Assembly: GCF_004010195.1 (NCBI RefSeq)
Contig: NC_057718.1
Location: 42,568,902-42,632,901 of the forward strand
Length of the DNA stretch: 64,000 nt
Source: Chiloscyllium plagiosum
Taxonomy: Eukaryota
Direction: 5' to 3'
Part shown: piece after piece, positions 1 through 12,617 of the stretch
Layout of the letters: each line of letters begins with the position of its first letter
How positions within the stretch are numbered: position 1 is the first letter of the stretch
The notes under the pieces: model-generated
Told to the model about the DNA's origin: nothing
Databases searched by the model: none
What the model saw: the letters and a program-made list of their open reading frames with translations, nothing else
Translations under genes and position numbers: made by a program

Positions 1-920
1 AACAGGGGTGGTGTTCCCCTCAGGGTTCTGTGGGGCAGGGATGGTGACAGTGGGATCTGTGGAGGGCGTGTCAGCAGAATGCAAGTGAGTGGCGTTGATG
101 GGGGCGGAAGTGGTGGCAAACACGGCAGTGGGGGGGTGGAAGTCAGAGCATGTGACATCAGCGATGATGTGAGGGGTGGAAGTGATGTCACGTGTGGTGC
201 ATGAGGAATTGTGAGGGGCAGAAGTGGCTGTGGAACTGGCCATGTTGGGGGCAGAAGTGACGTCATCAATCAGCGTGGGAATGGTGGCTGACATCAGCGA
301 TGATGTGAGGGGTGGAAGTGATGTCACGTGTGGTGCATGAGGAATTGTGAGGGGCAGAAGTGGCTGTGGAACTGGCCATGTTGGGGGCAGAAGTGACGTC
401 ATCAATCAGCGTGGGAATGGTGGCTGCACCGGCCGCATGGCTAATGGCGTCCAAGCAGTTCCAGAGGCCGGGGGAATCTACTGGAATGTTTGAGGAGTGC
501 TGTCTATGGAGGTGGGTAGATAAGTTTGTTGTACTTACAGTTTTTGATGTTTGAGATGGAGTTGAAATACTGTTTGTTGAGAGTATAAATTCTTCTGAGG
601 ATATAGTAAAGGAGGGGTCCTTTGCAATTCTGAGAGAGTGTGGCCCTCAGCTGAGGCAAGGCTGACTGCAGAGAGGTTAGGTGCCGGCGCATGGCTGCGA
701 GTGTGAAGCGAAGGATCTTGAAGGAGAACCATTGCTGGTGTTTTTGAATCTGTAGTCTGTACTGTTTGTCCTGTTCGGGTCCGAACTCTGCTGGTTTAAA
801 GGTGGTCCAGAGTCTCTGTGGGATAAGTTGGTTACGGAGGCAGGCACTGAGGAAGCAAATGTGGCTGTAGTAGCCGGTCTGTTTCAGGACATGGTTGAAG
901 AGCTTCAGGGCAGAGGAAAT
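1..920 (-). mobile_element. Penelope-like element (probably Neptune-type), ORF N-terminal region downstream of the CR1 insertion; runs off the window start
   Basis: Minus strand reads SALKLFNHVLKQTGYYSHICFLSACLRNQLIPQRLWTTFKP...LAAMRRHL and continues the PLE segment at 2565-2800 across the CR1 insertion. Confidence 0.75.
153..426. repeat. Perfect 136-bp tandem duplication (153-288, 289-424)
   Basis: Both copies read tgacatcagcgatgatgtgagg...gggaatggtggc and are identical by eye. Confidence 0.95.
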
Positions 921-2559
921 TGGTACTTTAGATCTGTGTTCACTAGGGAAGACACAAGCAATCTCGCAGAGGTAACAGTGGCTGAAGGACCTGAACTGAA
1001 GGGTGTTGGAGAGACTGTTAGGTCTAAAGGCTGATAAGTCCCCGGGGCCTGATGGTCTACATCCCAGGATTCTGAAGGAGGTGGCTCTAGAATTTGTGGA
1101 TGCGTTGGTGATTATTTTCCAGAGTTCGATAGATTCAGGATCACTTCCTGCGGATTGGAAGGTGGCTAATGTTGTACCACTTTTTAAGAAAGGAGCAAGA
1201 GAGAAAGCAGGAAATTATAGACCAGTTAGTCTGACTTCAGTGGTGGGAAAGATGCTAGAGTCAATTATAAAGGATGAAATTACGACACATCTGGATAGCA
1301 GTAACAGGATGGGTCAGAGTCAGCATGGATTTATGAAGGGGAAATCATGCTTGACTAATCTTCTGGAATTTTTTGAGGATGTAACTCTGAAGGTGGACAA
1401 GGGAGATCCAGTGGAAATAGTGTACCTGGACTTTCAGAAAACCTTTGATAAAGCCCCACATAGGAGGTTAGTGAGCAAAATTAGGGCACATGGTATTGGG
1501 GGCAAAGTAGTGATTTGGATTGAAAATTGGTTGGCTGACAGGAAACAAAGAGTAGTGATAAACGGCTCCCTTTCAGAATGGCAGGCGGTGACCAGTGGGG
1601 TACCGCAGGGATCAGTGCTTGGACCGCAGCTTTTTATAGAAGATGGTATTAGTGATAACATTAGCACATTTGCTGATGATACAAAGCTGGGTGGCAGGGT
1701 GAAATGTGAGGAGGATGTTAGGAGATTACAGGGTGACCTGGACAGGTTAGGTGAGTGGACAGATGCTTGGCAGATGCAGTTTAATGTGGATAAATGTATG
1801 GTTATCCACTTTGATGGCAAGGACAGGAAGGCAGATTACTACCTAGATATCTGGGTGTTCTTGTACACCAGTCAATGTAGGTAAGCATGCAGGTACAGCA
1901 GGTAGTGAAGAAGGCTAATAGCATGCTGGCCTTCATAACAAGAGGGATTGAGTATAGAAGCAAAGAGGTTCTTCTGCAGCTGTACAGGGCCCTGGTGAGA
2001 CCACACCTGGAGTATTGTGTGCAGTTCTGGTCTCCAAATTTGAGGAAAGACATTCTGGCTATTGAGGGAGTGCAGTATAGGTTCATGAGGTCAATTCCTG
2101 GAATGGCGGGATTATCTTATGTTGAAAGACTGGAGCGACTGGGCTTGTGTAGCCTTGAGTTTAGAAGACTGAGAGGGGATCTGATTGAGACGTATAAGAT
2201 TATTAATGGATTGGACACTCTGGATGCAGGAAACAGGTTTCCGCTGATGGGTGAGTCCTGAACCAGAGAACACAGCTTAAAAATAGGGAGTAGGCCATTT
2301 AGGACAGAGATGAGGAGAAACTTCTTCACCCAGAGAGTGGTGGGTATGTGGAATGCTCTGCCCCAAAAGGCAGTGGAGGCCCAGTCTCTGGATTCGTTTA
2401 AGAAAGAGTTGGATAGAGCTCTCAAGGATGGTGGAATCAAGGGTTATGGAGATAAGGCAGGAACAGGATAATGATTGAGGATGATCAGCCATGATCATAA
2501 TGAATGAATGGTGGTGCAGGCTCGAAGGGCAGAATGGCCTACTCCACCTATTGTCTATT
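921..2559 (+). mobile_element. 5'-truncated CR1 LINE (ORF2 RT and 3' UTR), internally deleted, flanked by a GAAAT TSD
   Basis: ORF 1003-1884 has KSPGPDG, NYRPVSLTS, QHGFMKGKSCLTNL, GVPQGSVLGP and FADDTK. ORF 1887-2261 has LVRPHLEYCVQFWSP. The copy ends in a CTATTGT-type tail. GAAAT is at 916-920 and 2560-2564. Confidence 0.95.
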
Positions 2560-2564
2560 GAAAT

Positions 2565-3346
2565 GACCTGGGAGTTGCAGTAAGAGAGGGACTCCCTGAG
2601 ATTCTTGTAGAGAGAGCAGGAAAACCTCTTCAAGGCAGGCATCCTTGCAGGAGGATTCGCAGTAGGGTTAAAATCAACTAGGTAAAAACAATGACTGCAG
2701 ATGCTGAAAACCAGATTCTGGATTAGTGGTGCTGGAAAAGCACAGTAGTTCAGGCAGCATCCGAGGAGCAGTAAAATCGACGTTTCGGGCAAAAGCCCTT
2801 CAGAGTGCCTGAAGGGTGGAGAGATAAATGAGAGGAGGGTGGGGGAGTTCATGTCCTCAGCAGAGTGGGAGGGGGAGTTGGTGTGGTGTCCCAGAGATGT
2901 TCCCTAAAGCGCTCTGCTAGGTGGCATCCAGTCTTCCCAATGTAAAGGAGACCGCATTGGGAGCAATGGATACAATAAATGATATTGGTAGATGTGCAGG
3001 TAAAACTTTGGATGTGGAAGGCTCCTTTGGGGCCTTGGATGGAGGTGAGGGAGGAGGTGTGGGCACAGGTTTTACAATTCCTGCGGTGACAGGGAAGGTG
3101 CCAGGACGGGAGGGTGGGCTGTAGGGGGGCATGGACCTGACCAGGTAGTCACGGAGGGAACGGTCTTTGCGGAAGGCGGAAAGGGGTGGGGTGGGAAATA
3201 TATCCCTGGTGGTGGGGTCCATTTGGAGGTGGCGGAAATGTCGGCGGATGATTTGGTCTTTGCGTAGGTTGGTAGGGTGGAAGGTGAGCACCAGGGGTTT
3301 CTGTCCTTGTTACGGTTGTAGGGGTGGGGTTTGAGGGCGGAGGTGC
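2565..3346 (-). mobile_element. Penelope-like element: 3' portion (pre-GIY-YIG region and pseudo-LTR) followed in tandem by the ORF start
   Basis: ORF 2917-3291 reads LTFHPTNL...RHFRHLQMDPTT..IFPTPPLSAFRKDRSLRDYLVRS. A hammerhead-like gggcttttgcccgaaacgtcga lies at 2777-2803. Confidence 0.85.
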
Positions 3347-3449
3347 AACAGCATCAACTAAACGATTCTCAGTTTTTCTCTTTTGTTTTCCCCAACAGAG
3401 TAGTATTATTTTAATTAAGTAGTCATTTTAGGTTATTTCCAAACAAGTT

Positions 3450-3745
3450 TAGAGCCATAGAATCCCTATAGCACAAAAAGAGGCCATTTGGGCCATCAAG
3501 TCTGCACCAACCCTCCGAAGAGCATCACACCCAGACCCCAACCCTCATCCTGTAATGCCACATTTACCAAGGCTAATACACTTGGTGTACACATCCCTGG
3601 ACATTACAGACAATTTAGCATGGCCAGTCCGTCTTTGAACTTTACAAGGAAACCAGAGAACCCACGCAGATAAGCTCTACACAGTCATCTGAGGCTTGAA
3701 TCGAACCTGGGTTCCTGGCACTGTGAGGCAGCAGTACTTCCCACT
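3450..3745 (-). mobile_element. HE1-like tRNA-derived SINE
   Basis: Reverse complement has tgctgcctcacagtgccaggaacccaggttcgattc (B box) and a CR1-like tail. Same family as 12338-12617 and 21823-22114. Confidence 0.85.
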
Positions 3746-4090
3746 TGCATTTAAAAATTGAAAATATACTTGCAGCATTTGGCTGATTTCACAAAGTTAT
3801 TCTTTTTTTAGTCACCTTTGGTGTGTATTATATCATCAACAATATATTTCTTAATTTTCAGTCAAGTGTTAAGGTACTTTGTATTTTCTTCTTATTTTCT
3901 TTCCACTGCTGACATTCATCAATTCTATTCAACAAAATATTTCTGCCCGGTTTAAATTTCCATTCTGCATTCCATTATAGAATTATGTACAATTTGATTG
4001 GAGTAAAATAATATTGAAATACAATGCTCATTATCCCAAAAGTTAAAATCAGTAACCTGATAAACCACTAAGGTTTGGCCACACTGAAAT

Positions 4091-4347
4091 GGAGGTCCTG
4101 GGCCTCCTTCACCGCCACTCCCTCACCACCAGACGCCTGGAGGAAGAATGTCTCATCTTCCGCCTCAGAACACTTCAATGCCAGGGCATCAATGTGGACT
4201 TCAACAGTTTCCCCATTTCCCCTTCTCCCACCTCACCCCAGTTCCAAACTTCCAGCTCAGCACTGTCCCCATGACCCGAAACGTCGATTTTACTGCTCCT
4301 CGGATGCTGCCTGAACTGCTGTGCTTTTCCAGCACCTCTCTAATCTA
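4091..4347 (+). mobile_element. 5'-truncated PLE 3' end with an 11-bp TSD
   Basis: Encodes RRLEEECLIFRLRTLQCQGINVDF (GIY-YIG C-terminus). CACACTGAAAT is at 4080-4090 and 4348-4358. Confidence 0.9.
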
Positions 4348-4849
4348 CACACTGAAATCTGTCAGAGGTTCATTGATTGAGCTTGTTCATATTAGACTGA
4401 TGCCAGCAGTTTCTTCTTTGTCCCATCTCAGTCTTTTACAGCATGCTGCACTTATCTGAACCTCAGGACCATTCCTAACCCTGATACACCATTGCTTCAT
4501 TTCCATCCAAATTTCTAGTGTTTGTTAATGTAGTAGTACTTTTCAGAACTCTGGTACTGGTCATGGTTACAACTGGATCCTTCGTAACATCAACAGGGAA
4601 ACCACCCATCAAAAGGCACAAGCACGTCCCAAACCGTGCTACCCCTATCGTTCTAGGCTATGATCCCGTGGACCCACTACATCCAAACTGCAGCCTGTCC
4701 ATCCTCTTCAGTTCCTCTTGCTTCATCCATTTATATCCCAATCTTTCATTTTGTGGTTGTTGAAAAATGTTGTAACAGTTCTTAAATGGTTCCTCAGCAC
4801 CTAAATCTGGCCCCTGTCTACTCACCTCTCATATCCATTTAAAACTTAA

Positions 4850-5440
4850 CTCAACGGAAACTGGAGGAACAGCATCTCATCTTCCGACGAGACACGTTAC
4901 AGCCTGCCGGTCTCAACATTGAATTCAACAACTTCAGATTATTATCCCATCTCGACCCCTCTGTTTTCATTCTGCTCCGTAATTTTATTTTATTTATTTT
5001 ATTTTTTTAATATATTTCTTTCACTGTTCTGTCCCTCTTATTTCTTGATTGTCTGTCTTTCTCTCGCTCCCCATTCTCTCATCACCTTTTTCCTCTCCTC
5101 TTCCCCCTTTGCTACCCTTCTCCCCTGTTATCCATTTTGCCTCTGCTTTATCCATCCCCCCCATCCTCCACATATTTTGTCACATAGCACTGGCTTCAGC
5201 CTTGGTCATTCACAGCTCCTAATCTCCCTATAATCTCTCTATGCACTGTCATTATCACCTCTTTATTGCTACCTTTGCTTCTGGAGCCATGACTCACCTT
5301 CTCTCAGCCTAGTATAAATACCTCCCTTTTTTTTTTAGCTTTGACAAAGGGTCAATTCGACTCAACGTCAGCTCTTTTCTCTCCTTACAGATGCTGCTAG
5401 ACTTGCTGAGATTTTCCAGCATTTTCTCTTTTTTGGTTCG
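4850..5440 (+). mobile_element. 5'-truncated PLE 3' end with a pyrimidine-rich UTR and a 13-bp TSD
   Basis: Encodes QRKLEEQHLIFRRDTLQPAGLNIEF. ATTTAAAACTTAA is at 4837-4849 and 5441-5453. A degenerate hammerhead lies near 5340-5372. Confidence 0.85.
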
Positions 5441-5489
5441 ATTTAAAACTTAATTTGTGATGACTGCCACCTTGCTGTGTTTTCTTTTA

Positions 5490-5970
5490 AAAGTGTAAAG
5501 GATGTGAGGTCAGAATTTCAGGAAGGGAGCATAAGCATGATTAGAGATATGCAGAAGAAAGAGGTATATGAAATTGAATGTGAATTGGAACGAGGGATCA
5601 TAGTTTAAAATAAGGGGGCACCCATTTAAAACTGGTAAGGAAACTCTATTTTTCTCTGAGAGCTTTGATTTTTCAGAAAGTGCCCTTCCTTAAAAGGTCA
5701 AGGTGGCAGTTTCCTTCCTTAAAGGACATTGGTGAACCAGATGGTTTTGTTTTCTGGCAATCGACATGGTCATCATTAGATTCTTAATTCCAGAATTTGT
5801 TAAAATTGAACCTGGAACATTATTGGGTTTCTGGATTAACACTAGGCCTTCACCTCCCCCTTAATGCATGTGCAGAAATGTAGGGTTGAGGTTAAAATCA
5901 GATCTCCCATGATCTTATTGAATGGTGGAGCAGGCTTGCATGACCTACTCTTGTTCCTTGTTCACATGTT
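5490..5970 (+). mobile_element. Degraded CR1 3' end interrupted by a short repeat fragment
   Basis: gggatcatagtttaaaataagggg and gatctcccatgatcttattgaatggtggagcaggc resemble the CR1 3' UTR at 2260-2550. Confidence 0.6.
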
Positions 5971-6269
5971 TATATGCATGTTACATCAGCAGGCAAAGAA
6001 GGAAGAAGAAGAAGAGAAAAAACAACAATGTCATTAGAATGGACCTACATAACTTTGGCCATGAGATACACAACATGAATTCTATGTTTTAGGCTAAAAG
6101 AAATCAAAATAGTGACTGGACTGCCTCGCACACCTGATTTAATCAAGTGTGAACATAAGATATTGCAATGTTCCTTCTGCTAGTTAATTTCCATTGATCA
6201 TTTTTTTTATTCTGATATTCCTGATTCTAATTTTAGCTGAACAGTAGCAATCCCAAGTCTCAAACCCCC

Positions 6270-6590
6270 TTAAGGGCAGTACTGATTGAACAATTGGAAG
6301 TGCCATCTTTTATACAAGACATTATACTAAAACCCTACCTATCTGTTGAAGTGAAGATGAAGGATCCTGTCATACTATACTATTTAAATAAGAGGAGGAA
6401 TCTTACCAGTATCTTCACCAACATTTTTTCAGAATAGCTGGTTATTCATCTTATTTCTAGTTGTGGAACATGATTTCTTGCAAAGCAACATTTCTTTGTC
6501 ATTCCAAATAACATTTGTTTGTCTTTGAAGTACTTTGGGAGAGCCTGTGAAATTGAAAGATGCTATATTGTTGCAAGTTTATTTCTTCTT
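6270..6590 (+). mobile_element. Old Deu-domain SINE (SacSINE1/AmnSINE-like)
   Basis: gcagtactga..ggaagtgccatcttt..gacatta..aaggatcc and the tail aaagatgctatat..gcaagttt are recalled as DeuSINE-like. Related pieces occur at about 23620-23935 and 56600-56760. Confidence 0.55.
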
Positions 6591-7954
6591 GACACCTCAT
6601 AGGGTACTTTCCTAAGTTTGCTCTTACTGCATTACCTTCTTAGAGTTTGGATTTTCAGTCATACTGGGCTTATCCCTCCTAGTGCAGTCAGTTTTCTGCT
6701 GTTATACAGAAGTCAATTTTTGTTACTTCACTGGTCGCTTTGTGTTATCAAGTATTCTCCTCTCAGCTGGATTTATATTCGCTATTTCATGCTATTAACG
6801 TTTTCCTGATAACATGCTCCCAAAAATATTTTCTAGAAGTGTGTTTTCTGCTATTCAATGGCTTCCATATTATGATCAGAAGCATTTCCAATAAGTTAAT
6901 ATGATGACTATCCATTTAATTGGGTAGTAGATGTGTAAATGTGCCCGGTTATTTATGGGCAGGTAGATAATGAATAACGGTGTGTCTTTGCAGCCTGGAA
7001 ATGGCAGGAACTTGAAGCAACAGGACCGATTAGCAATTTGTGTACTCTCTTTGCTGATGACAGCTGGCCAGGTTAGGTAGATGGCAGGGGACTTGTTAGA
7101 GCATGGCAGCAAAAAAGAGGACATAGCGGAGAAAGTGAGATCACAAGATGTGAGATCATACAGAGGACTGGGGCTAAGGAAGGCTGTTCGATAAATGAAA
7201 AGACTGTGATTGGAAAACCAATCCCTGTTTCTGACCCGTAGGCATTGCTAATGTTCCCACTTTCCTTTAGCAGTTGAATTTCCTGAGGCCTGAGAAACCT
7301 GGGCTGCAGATATTAAATTCAAGTGGCACCCAAAATCTTGCCCCTTGTTTGTAATAATCATAGATCTGCCACTCCGTAGCAGGTTTCTCAGATTCCCACA
7401 CATAGATGAGGTTTTCATGGATTAGGTATAAACTTAACATTTTAAGTGATTGAACCCCATATCCCCAACCATCTCCTGTTTGCGATGGGTTAATACAATA
7501 CATTCCACTCTGGATGCATAAAACAGGACACTAAGTTTCAGTCATTTTAAGTGTAGCAACTTAAGAGCATTGCCTAATGCCTAGCCAACAGCTTGAATAT
7601 GCGGTTTTATGGAGTAGTCCTTGTGTGAGCCATGTCAGAATATTCATGATGTTCTGCAAATACAGTTAAAGTAAATTAAAGTCTGCTAAAGAGACTATGC
7701 ATGTTTTATTTATGTATCAGTGAATGAAAACAACAATTTAAAAACTATAGAACATCTTTACTATACAGTGAAAACCAAATGAGAAATGTGTAATTAGATT
7801 TCTAGGGGGTTATATAGATTCTAAGGAAAACTTAGTTTCTGACTAAGCTGATGATATCCGAAGTTATGGAAGACATATCAGTTACAGGCGATGTTTTTAA
7901 AATGTGAAGTTGTTTGTTATATTAACTTTTTAAAACTTGAATGAATTGGCATTT

Positions 7955-8130
7955 TGAAACAAAAACAAATTGCTGGGCCACCACAGCAGGTCTGGCAGGT
8001 CTGTAGAGAGAAAGCAGAGTTAATCTTTTGAGTCAGTGAAGGCCCTCCCCACACCCCTCAAATTTCAGAACAGCAGAATTTCTGTATTTACTTCAGATCT
8101 ACAGCATCCGTAGCTCCTTGTTTTATTTCA
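7955..8130. mobile_element. Short degraded PLE terminal fragments
   Basis: aaacaaattgctgg..cagcaggtctggcag..gagttaa matches the PLE 3' tail motif seen at 5370-5440 in reverse. Confidence 0.5.
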
Positions 8131-8789
8131 GTGATTCGGCATTTTGTTGTTATCAATAGTTGAAAGGCAGTAATGACAATCTTTGTAGGAGCCTGTAGCT
8201 CAAACAGGAATTGCTGGATCTTGGATTATCTAGTTGGGCTTTGCTGACAGATTTTTTTTATTATCTGTAAATTTTTCACAATTGATTGAAGTTCATGTCA
8301 ATTATGATGAGGCAAGCTCAATTCATTTGGTTCCAGAATGTAGATTAAGAATTCTTCACTTTCAAGGTTTGTGAGTGCCAGCTAGTATGTTTCTAAGGTG
8401 TTCTTTGAAGATCTAGAGGAGAAAGCAAAGTTGAGATATTCCAGATGCTGGAAAGCTGAAGTAAAAGCAAAAAAATGGTGGAAATACCCAACAAGTCTGG
8501 CTGTATATTTGGTGAGAGGGAGTTGTATTTCTGTTTGATGACCCTTTATTAGAAGTGAGTGAAGTTAAAAAGGGGTTTTAGTAGACAAAGCTCAAAAGTG
8601 GCAAGTGATCACAGGTCCAGTTCAGCCTTGTGGGTTTCGGAGGTGTTCTGCAAAATAATCATCCAATCTGCATTTGCTTTCCCCAGTATAGAACTGTCTG
8701 CACTATGAGCAGCAAATAGAGTACACCAAGTTGACAGAGTGCGTACAAATTGATTTGTGATATGGTAAGTGCAGATTGTTTTCACTAAT

Positions 8790-9450
8790 TGAAATTAAAA
8801 CATGGGGACACAGTCTCAGGATAAGGGATCAATTATTTCGGGTGGAGATGTGAAGAAATTTCTTCACTTGCAGGGTTGTGACTCTTCAGCATTGTCTACC
8901 ACAGAGGATTGTACATGCTTCATCATTGAATACTTTTAACATTGAGATAAATGATTTTTGGTCTGTCATGGAGTTAAGGAATATGCAAAAGGATGATAAA
9001 ATGGAATTGATGGCCAAGTTCAGCCAGGATCATGTTAAATAACAGAGCAGGGTTGACGACCATATTGTCCACTCCCTCTGGTATTTCTTGTGTTTTTAAT
9101 ATGGTTCTTAATGAATACTTTGCATCTGTCTTCGCAAAAGAGTGGGATAATGTAGAGATTCTGTAGGGGAGTCTGAAATATTTGAAAGGATAAATAGAGT
9201 AACAGGGGAAATATCAAGGGGTTTAGCACATTTGAAATTAGATAAACTATCAGGTATAGATGGAATTATCACAGGCTGCTAAGCAAAGTAATAGATAGCA
9301 AAAAGCACTAGACATCTTTCCCAGTTTCCTTTGACTGGTCTGCTTCTGGCGGACTACGAGCATTGAACTGTTAGTTAAAAAGGAAGGTTGGAATACGCTG
9401 AGTCATTACAGCCCAACATAACCTCAGTGGTGGACAAGTTATTGGAAAAG
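8790..9450 (+). mobile_element. Degraded CR1 fragments (3' UTR, then pre-RT region)
   Basis: ggggacacagtctcaggataaggg..ttcttcact..agggttgtg, followed by aatgaatactttgcatctgtcttc (NEYFASVF). Confidence 0.65.
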
Positions 9451-9595
9451 TTCTAATTCTGAAAATTCTTCCACCCGCCAGATAGGAACTAAATGGCAGA
9501 AATACCAGACACGTAGGTCAGTGTGGTAACCTGGTGACTTGAGCTTGCCGCTTTCTCCTCCGGCCCTCCATTCTGGACAAGTCACTAACATTTGT

Positions 9596-9741
9596 GGGCG
9601 GCACGGTGGCACAGTGGTTAGCACTGCTGCCTCACAGCGCCCGGGTCGGTGTGGACTTGTTGGGCCGAAGGGCCTGTTTCCACACTGTAATCTAATCTAA
9701 TAAAAAATCTAATAATCTAATCTAATCTAATCTAATCTAAT
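9596..9741 (+). mobile_element. Internally deleted HE1-like SINE with a (TCTAA)n tail
   Basis: The head gggcggcacggtggcacagtggttagcactgctgcctcacagcgcc joins directly to the tail gggccgaagggcctgtttccacactgt and TCTAA repeats. Confidence 0.9.
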
Positions 9742-9744
9742 TCC

Positions 9745-10695
9745 AGTTCACAACTGGTCACAATTCCACAGACCAATTAGCTGTTCGTTGACAACAAAAC
9801 CTCACATTGTATGCACCTTCTGGTGTTTGTGTGTGTGTGTGTGATTTCTCAGGTTGAGGATCACAGACGGAGGTAGGAGGATTGGAACGAAGGGCAGTGT
9901 TTTGGTCTCAGCGGACTCCACCTCTCCCTTTTGTCCAGCTCTCATTCAGGCACTGTGTGCCTTTGACCAAGAAATCTCCCAACCCAACTGTCAAACTGCC
10001 CTCACAGTTGAATTGGTCAGGGGTGTTACATGACAATTTGGATGACAGAAACCTTCTACCTGCCAACAGTTATATGGTTGGCTCCCAGGTAGCTGAACTG
10101 TTTGTGGATGTAAACAAGATACCAGAAATCTTCAGACTTCCAGAAAAGGCGGTGGTATCTGCCTTTGAGGTGAGCAAAAACCTAAAGCCTGAAGAAAACT
10201 AGTTCACTTTTCCCTCTCTAGTGGCTTTTAACCAATCAGTCAGAGGCTTTTAAAGTTGTGAACCAGTTGCTCTGTGTCTCCTGCAAGCAAGTAAAAGTAT
10301 TTTGAGAAGCGTTATTGAGGTCCTGGCAAGCTAACAGTTTCATCTAAGTGCATCCTGTGGACAGGGACCATTAAACTGCTTTCCCAGTTCTTCCCTCCAC
10401 CCATAAACTTTATTTTGTGTCTATGTGTATAGGGGAGTTTTATAAGGAGGTTAGATTTCTAACTTGTAGAGGCATAAGCTGACAGTTTGTAGTTGTTTAC
10501 CTGTAGCTAGACACTATTTATTTACAAAAAATAGTAATGCTTATTAACTATAGAAACCTGCTCTGTGCTTTCTGTCAATCTGAACTAAAAAGAAGGTAGA
10601 TTGTTGAATTTTGCAATTGATAGAAAGTCTTTAATTTTTGTAAAAACTTTAGGAATAGTTAGACTTGATTTCCAGCATGCTATCCCAGTGACACA
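9745..10695 (+). mobile_element. Possible degraded solo LTR
   Basis: Composition and 3' region are LTR-like, but no clean termini or TSD could be identified. Confidence 0.3.
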
Positions 10696-11209
10696 CTTAA
10701 AATGTTTTCTTCAATGAGGAAAATCAAATGACGGTTGTTTTCTAACTCTGGAATTACAGAAGTAGCTAAATAAATTAGGTTCAGTCTTCCGTATTCAAAG
10801 CAAATGAGGAAAATGTATTTTAGACCTCTCAAAGATTGTCAAGGTAAAACAACCCATTTCACCAATTCAAATAGGTCTCACTTTTGAACCTTCCAGCTTT
10901 TTCAAACATTTGTCATATTATTGGTTGTTATTTACTCACATAGTCACACACCAGTCTTTCTTACTGTGTCTGTATAAAGCATTCTACAATCACAAAAAAA
11001 GTTTCATGTGTCACACAAGTTGACTTGCAAGGCTTTTCCTAAATTTAATATTTGCACCTTTTTTTATGTTTCAAGACAAAAGGGCCACATAAAGCAGAAT
11101 AAAGCAAAGACATCCAATGGGATGGTATTGGAGGAATACTTCAACTACCAGCTTTTGACTCAGTACAAGATTGCCGTTAAACTCATAAGACTGAAGCCAA
11201 AGGAAGAAT

Positions 11210-11505
11210 GATTTGAGTCTTGACAAAATGGACACTGAGAGGCTACTTCCCCTCATAGCGGAATCTAGAGCACAGGTGCACAGACTCAGAATTGGGACCG
11301 ATCATTTAGGACTGAGATGAGAAATGATTTCTTCACTTAGAGTTTTGAATCTTTGGATTCAGAGGATGTTCCATGACTGAATATATTTAAAGCTGAGCAG
11401 GTAGGAAAGTGGAGCTGAACGTGAAGATCAACCTTGATCTTGTTGCATGTTGGAGAAAGTTTGACAAACGTGTAACTTACTGCTGCTCCTACTTCTTATG
11501 TTCTA
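11210..11505 (+). mobile_element. Degraded CR1 3' end
   Basis: atttaggactgagatgagaaatgatttcttcact and gatcaaccttgatcttgttg..ctcctacttcttatgttc. Confidence 0.7.
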
Positions 11506-12337
11506 ATGATGTCCTATCAGTTTATGATAAAAGTATATTGAATTCTTTGAAGGGAAGTATACTATTAACAATGTGAAATTACAGAAATTTCTGCCAGTTG
11601 TGATATTGAAATATGCACAGCGTAAACTTAGGGTACCCTTTCCTTCATAAAAATATAATTGAATTCTCTATCTGTTGCAAATTATGAAGAGAAGAAATAT
11701 TTATTGGTATCCTCACAGCACAATTGCTATTTTAGCCAGAGGGTTTGCATATGAACAGCTTGCATGATTTGGACTCTGAGAACAGTAAAGACCAGCTGCT
11801 TTAATACCTTGAAAGTCTGATGACTTGATTATTTAATCCTTTGAAGCTTATAACTTCTCACAGAACAGTATCTCGGAGCTCCTTATTGACAGTCAATGGT
11901 TGTATCTATTCCTTCAATGTACTAACAACCTTTCTCAAATGTCCACGGGCTGACAAAAACATGATGGCATACATTTGGGCATAGATCACTCAGAAATGTT
12001 CATAGGTTCTTTGACGTCAGTAATAATGTTCCAGCTCTGCGACGTTCGGATATATTGAAAAGTATTAATTATTTATTCACAATTTTACCAATAGCAATGG
12101 TTGTTTTATATTTTATGTTTTGAAATTTAAATTTGTTTTCCTCATATAACACTAGCAACTTGCCTTTCCATAGCACCATGGATGTCCAGCAGGAGTGCTT
12201 GATGAGAGTGCTATCAAATAAAATTTGACACTGAATCATTTAAAGAGATATTAAGACAGTCGACTAAATGTTTAGTCAAAAAGAAGCATAAAAAAGAAAG
12301 ACAGACACAACAATGGTTTCAAGATTGAGAAATGTCA

Positions 12338-12617
12338 GTTGATTGATTGATTGATTACTTAGTGTGGAAACAGACCCTTCGGCCCAACAAGTCCACGCCA
12401 ACCCTCCGAAGAGCAACCCACTCAGACCAATTCCCCTACATTTACCCCTTCACCTAACACTACGGGCAATTTAGCATGGCCAATTCACATAACCTGCACA
12501 TATTTTGGACTGTGGGAGGAAACCTACGCAGACACGGGGAGAATGTGCAAACTCCACACAGACAGTTTCCTGAGGCGGGAATTGAACCTGGGTCTCTGGC
12601 ACTGTGAGGCAGCAGTG
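12338..12617 (-). mobile_element. HE1-like SINE with a (TCAA)n tail
   Basis: gtgtggaaacagacccttcggcccaacaagtcc...gaacctgggtctctggcactgtgaggcagcagtg. Confidence 0.9.

Noticed and set aside
1003..2261. Reverse transcriptase ORFs as an active or domesticated gene
   Set aside because: Truncated, internally deleted and frameshifted, with near-identical decayed paralogues in the window.
9596..9645. tRNA-like sequence; similar at 53975-54045
   Set aside because: These are SINE heads with no complete cloverleaf.
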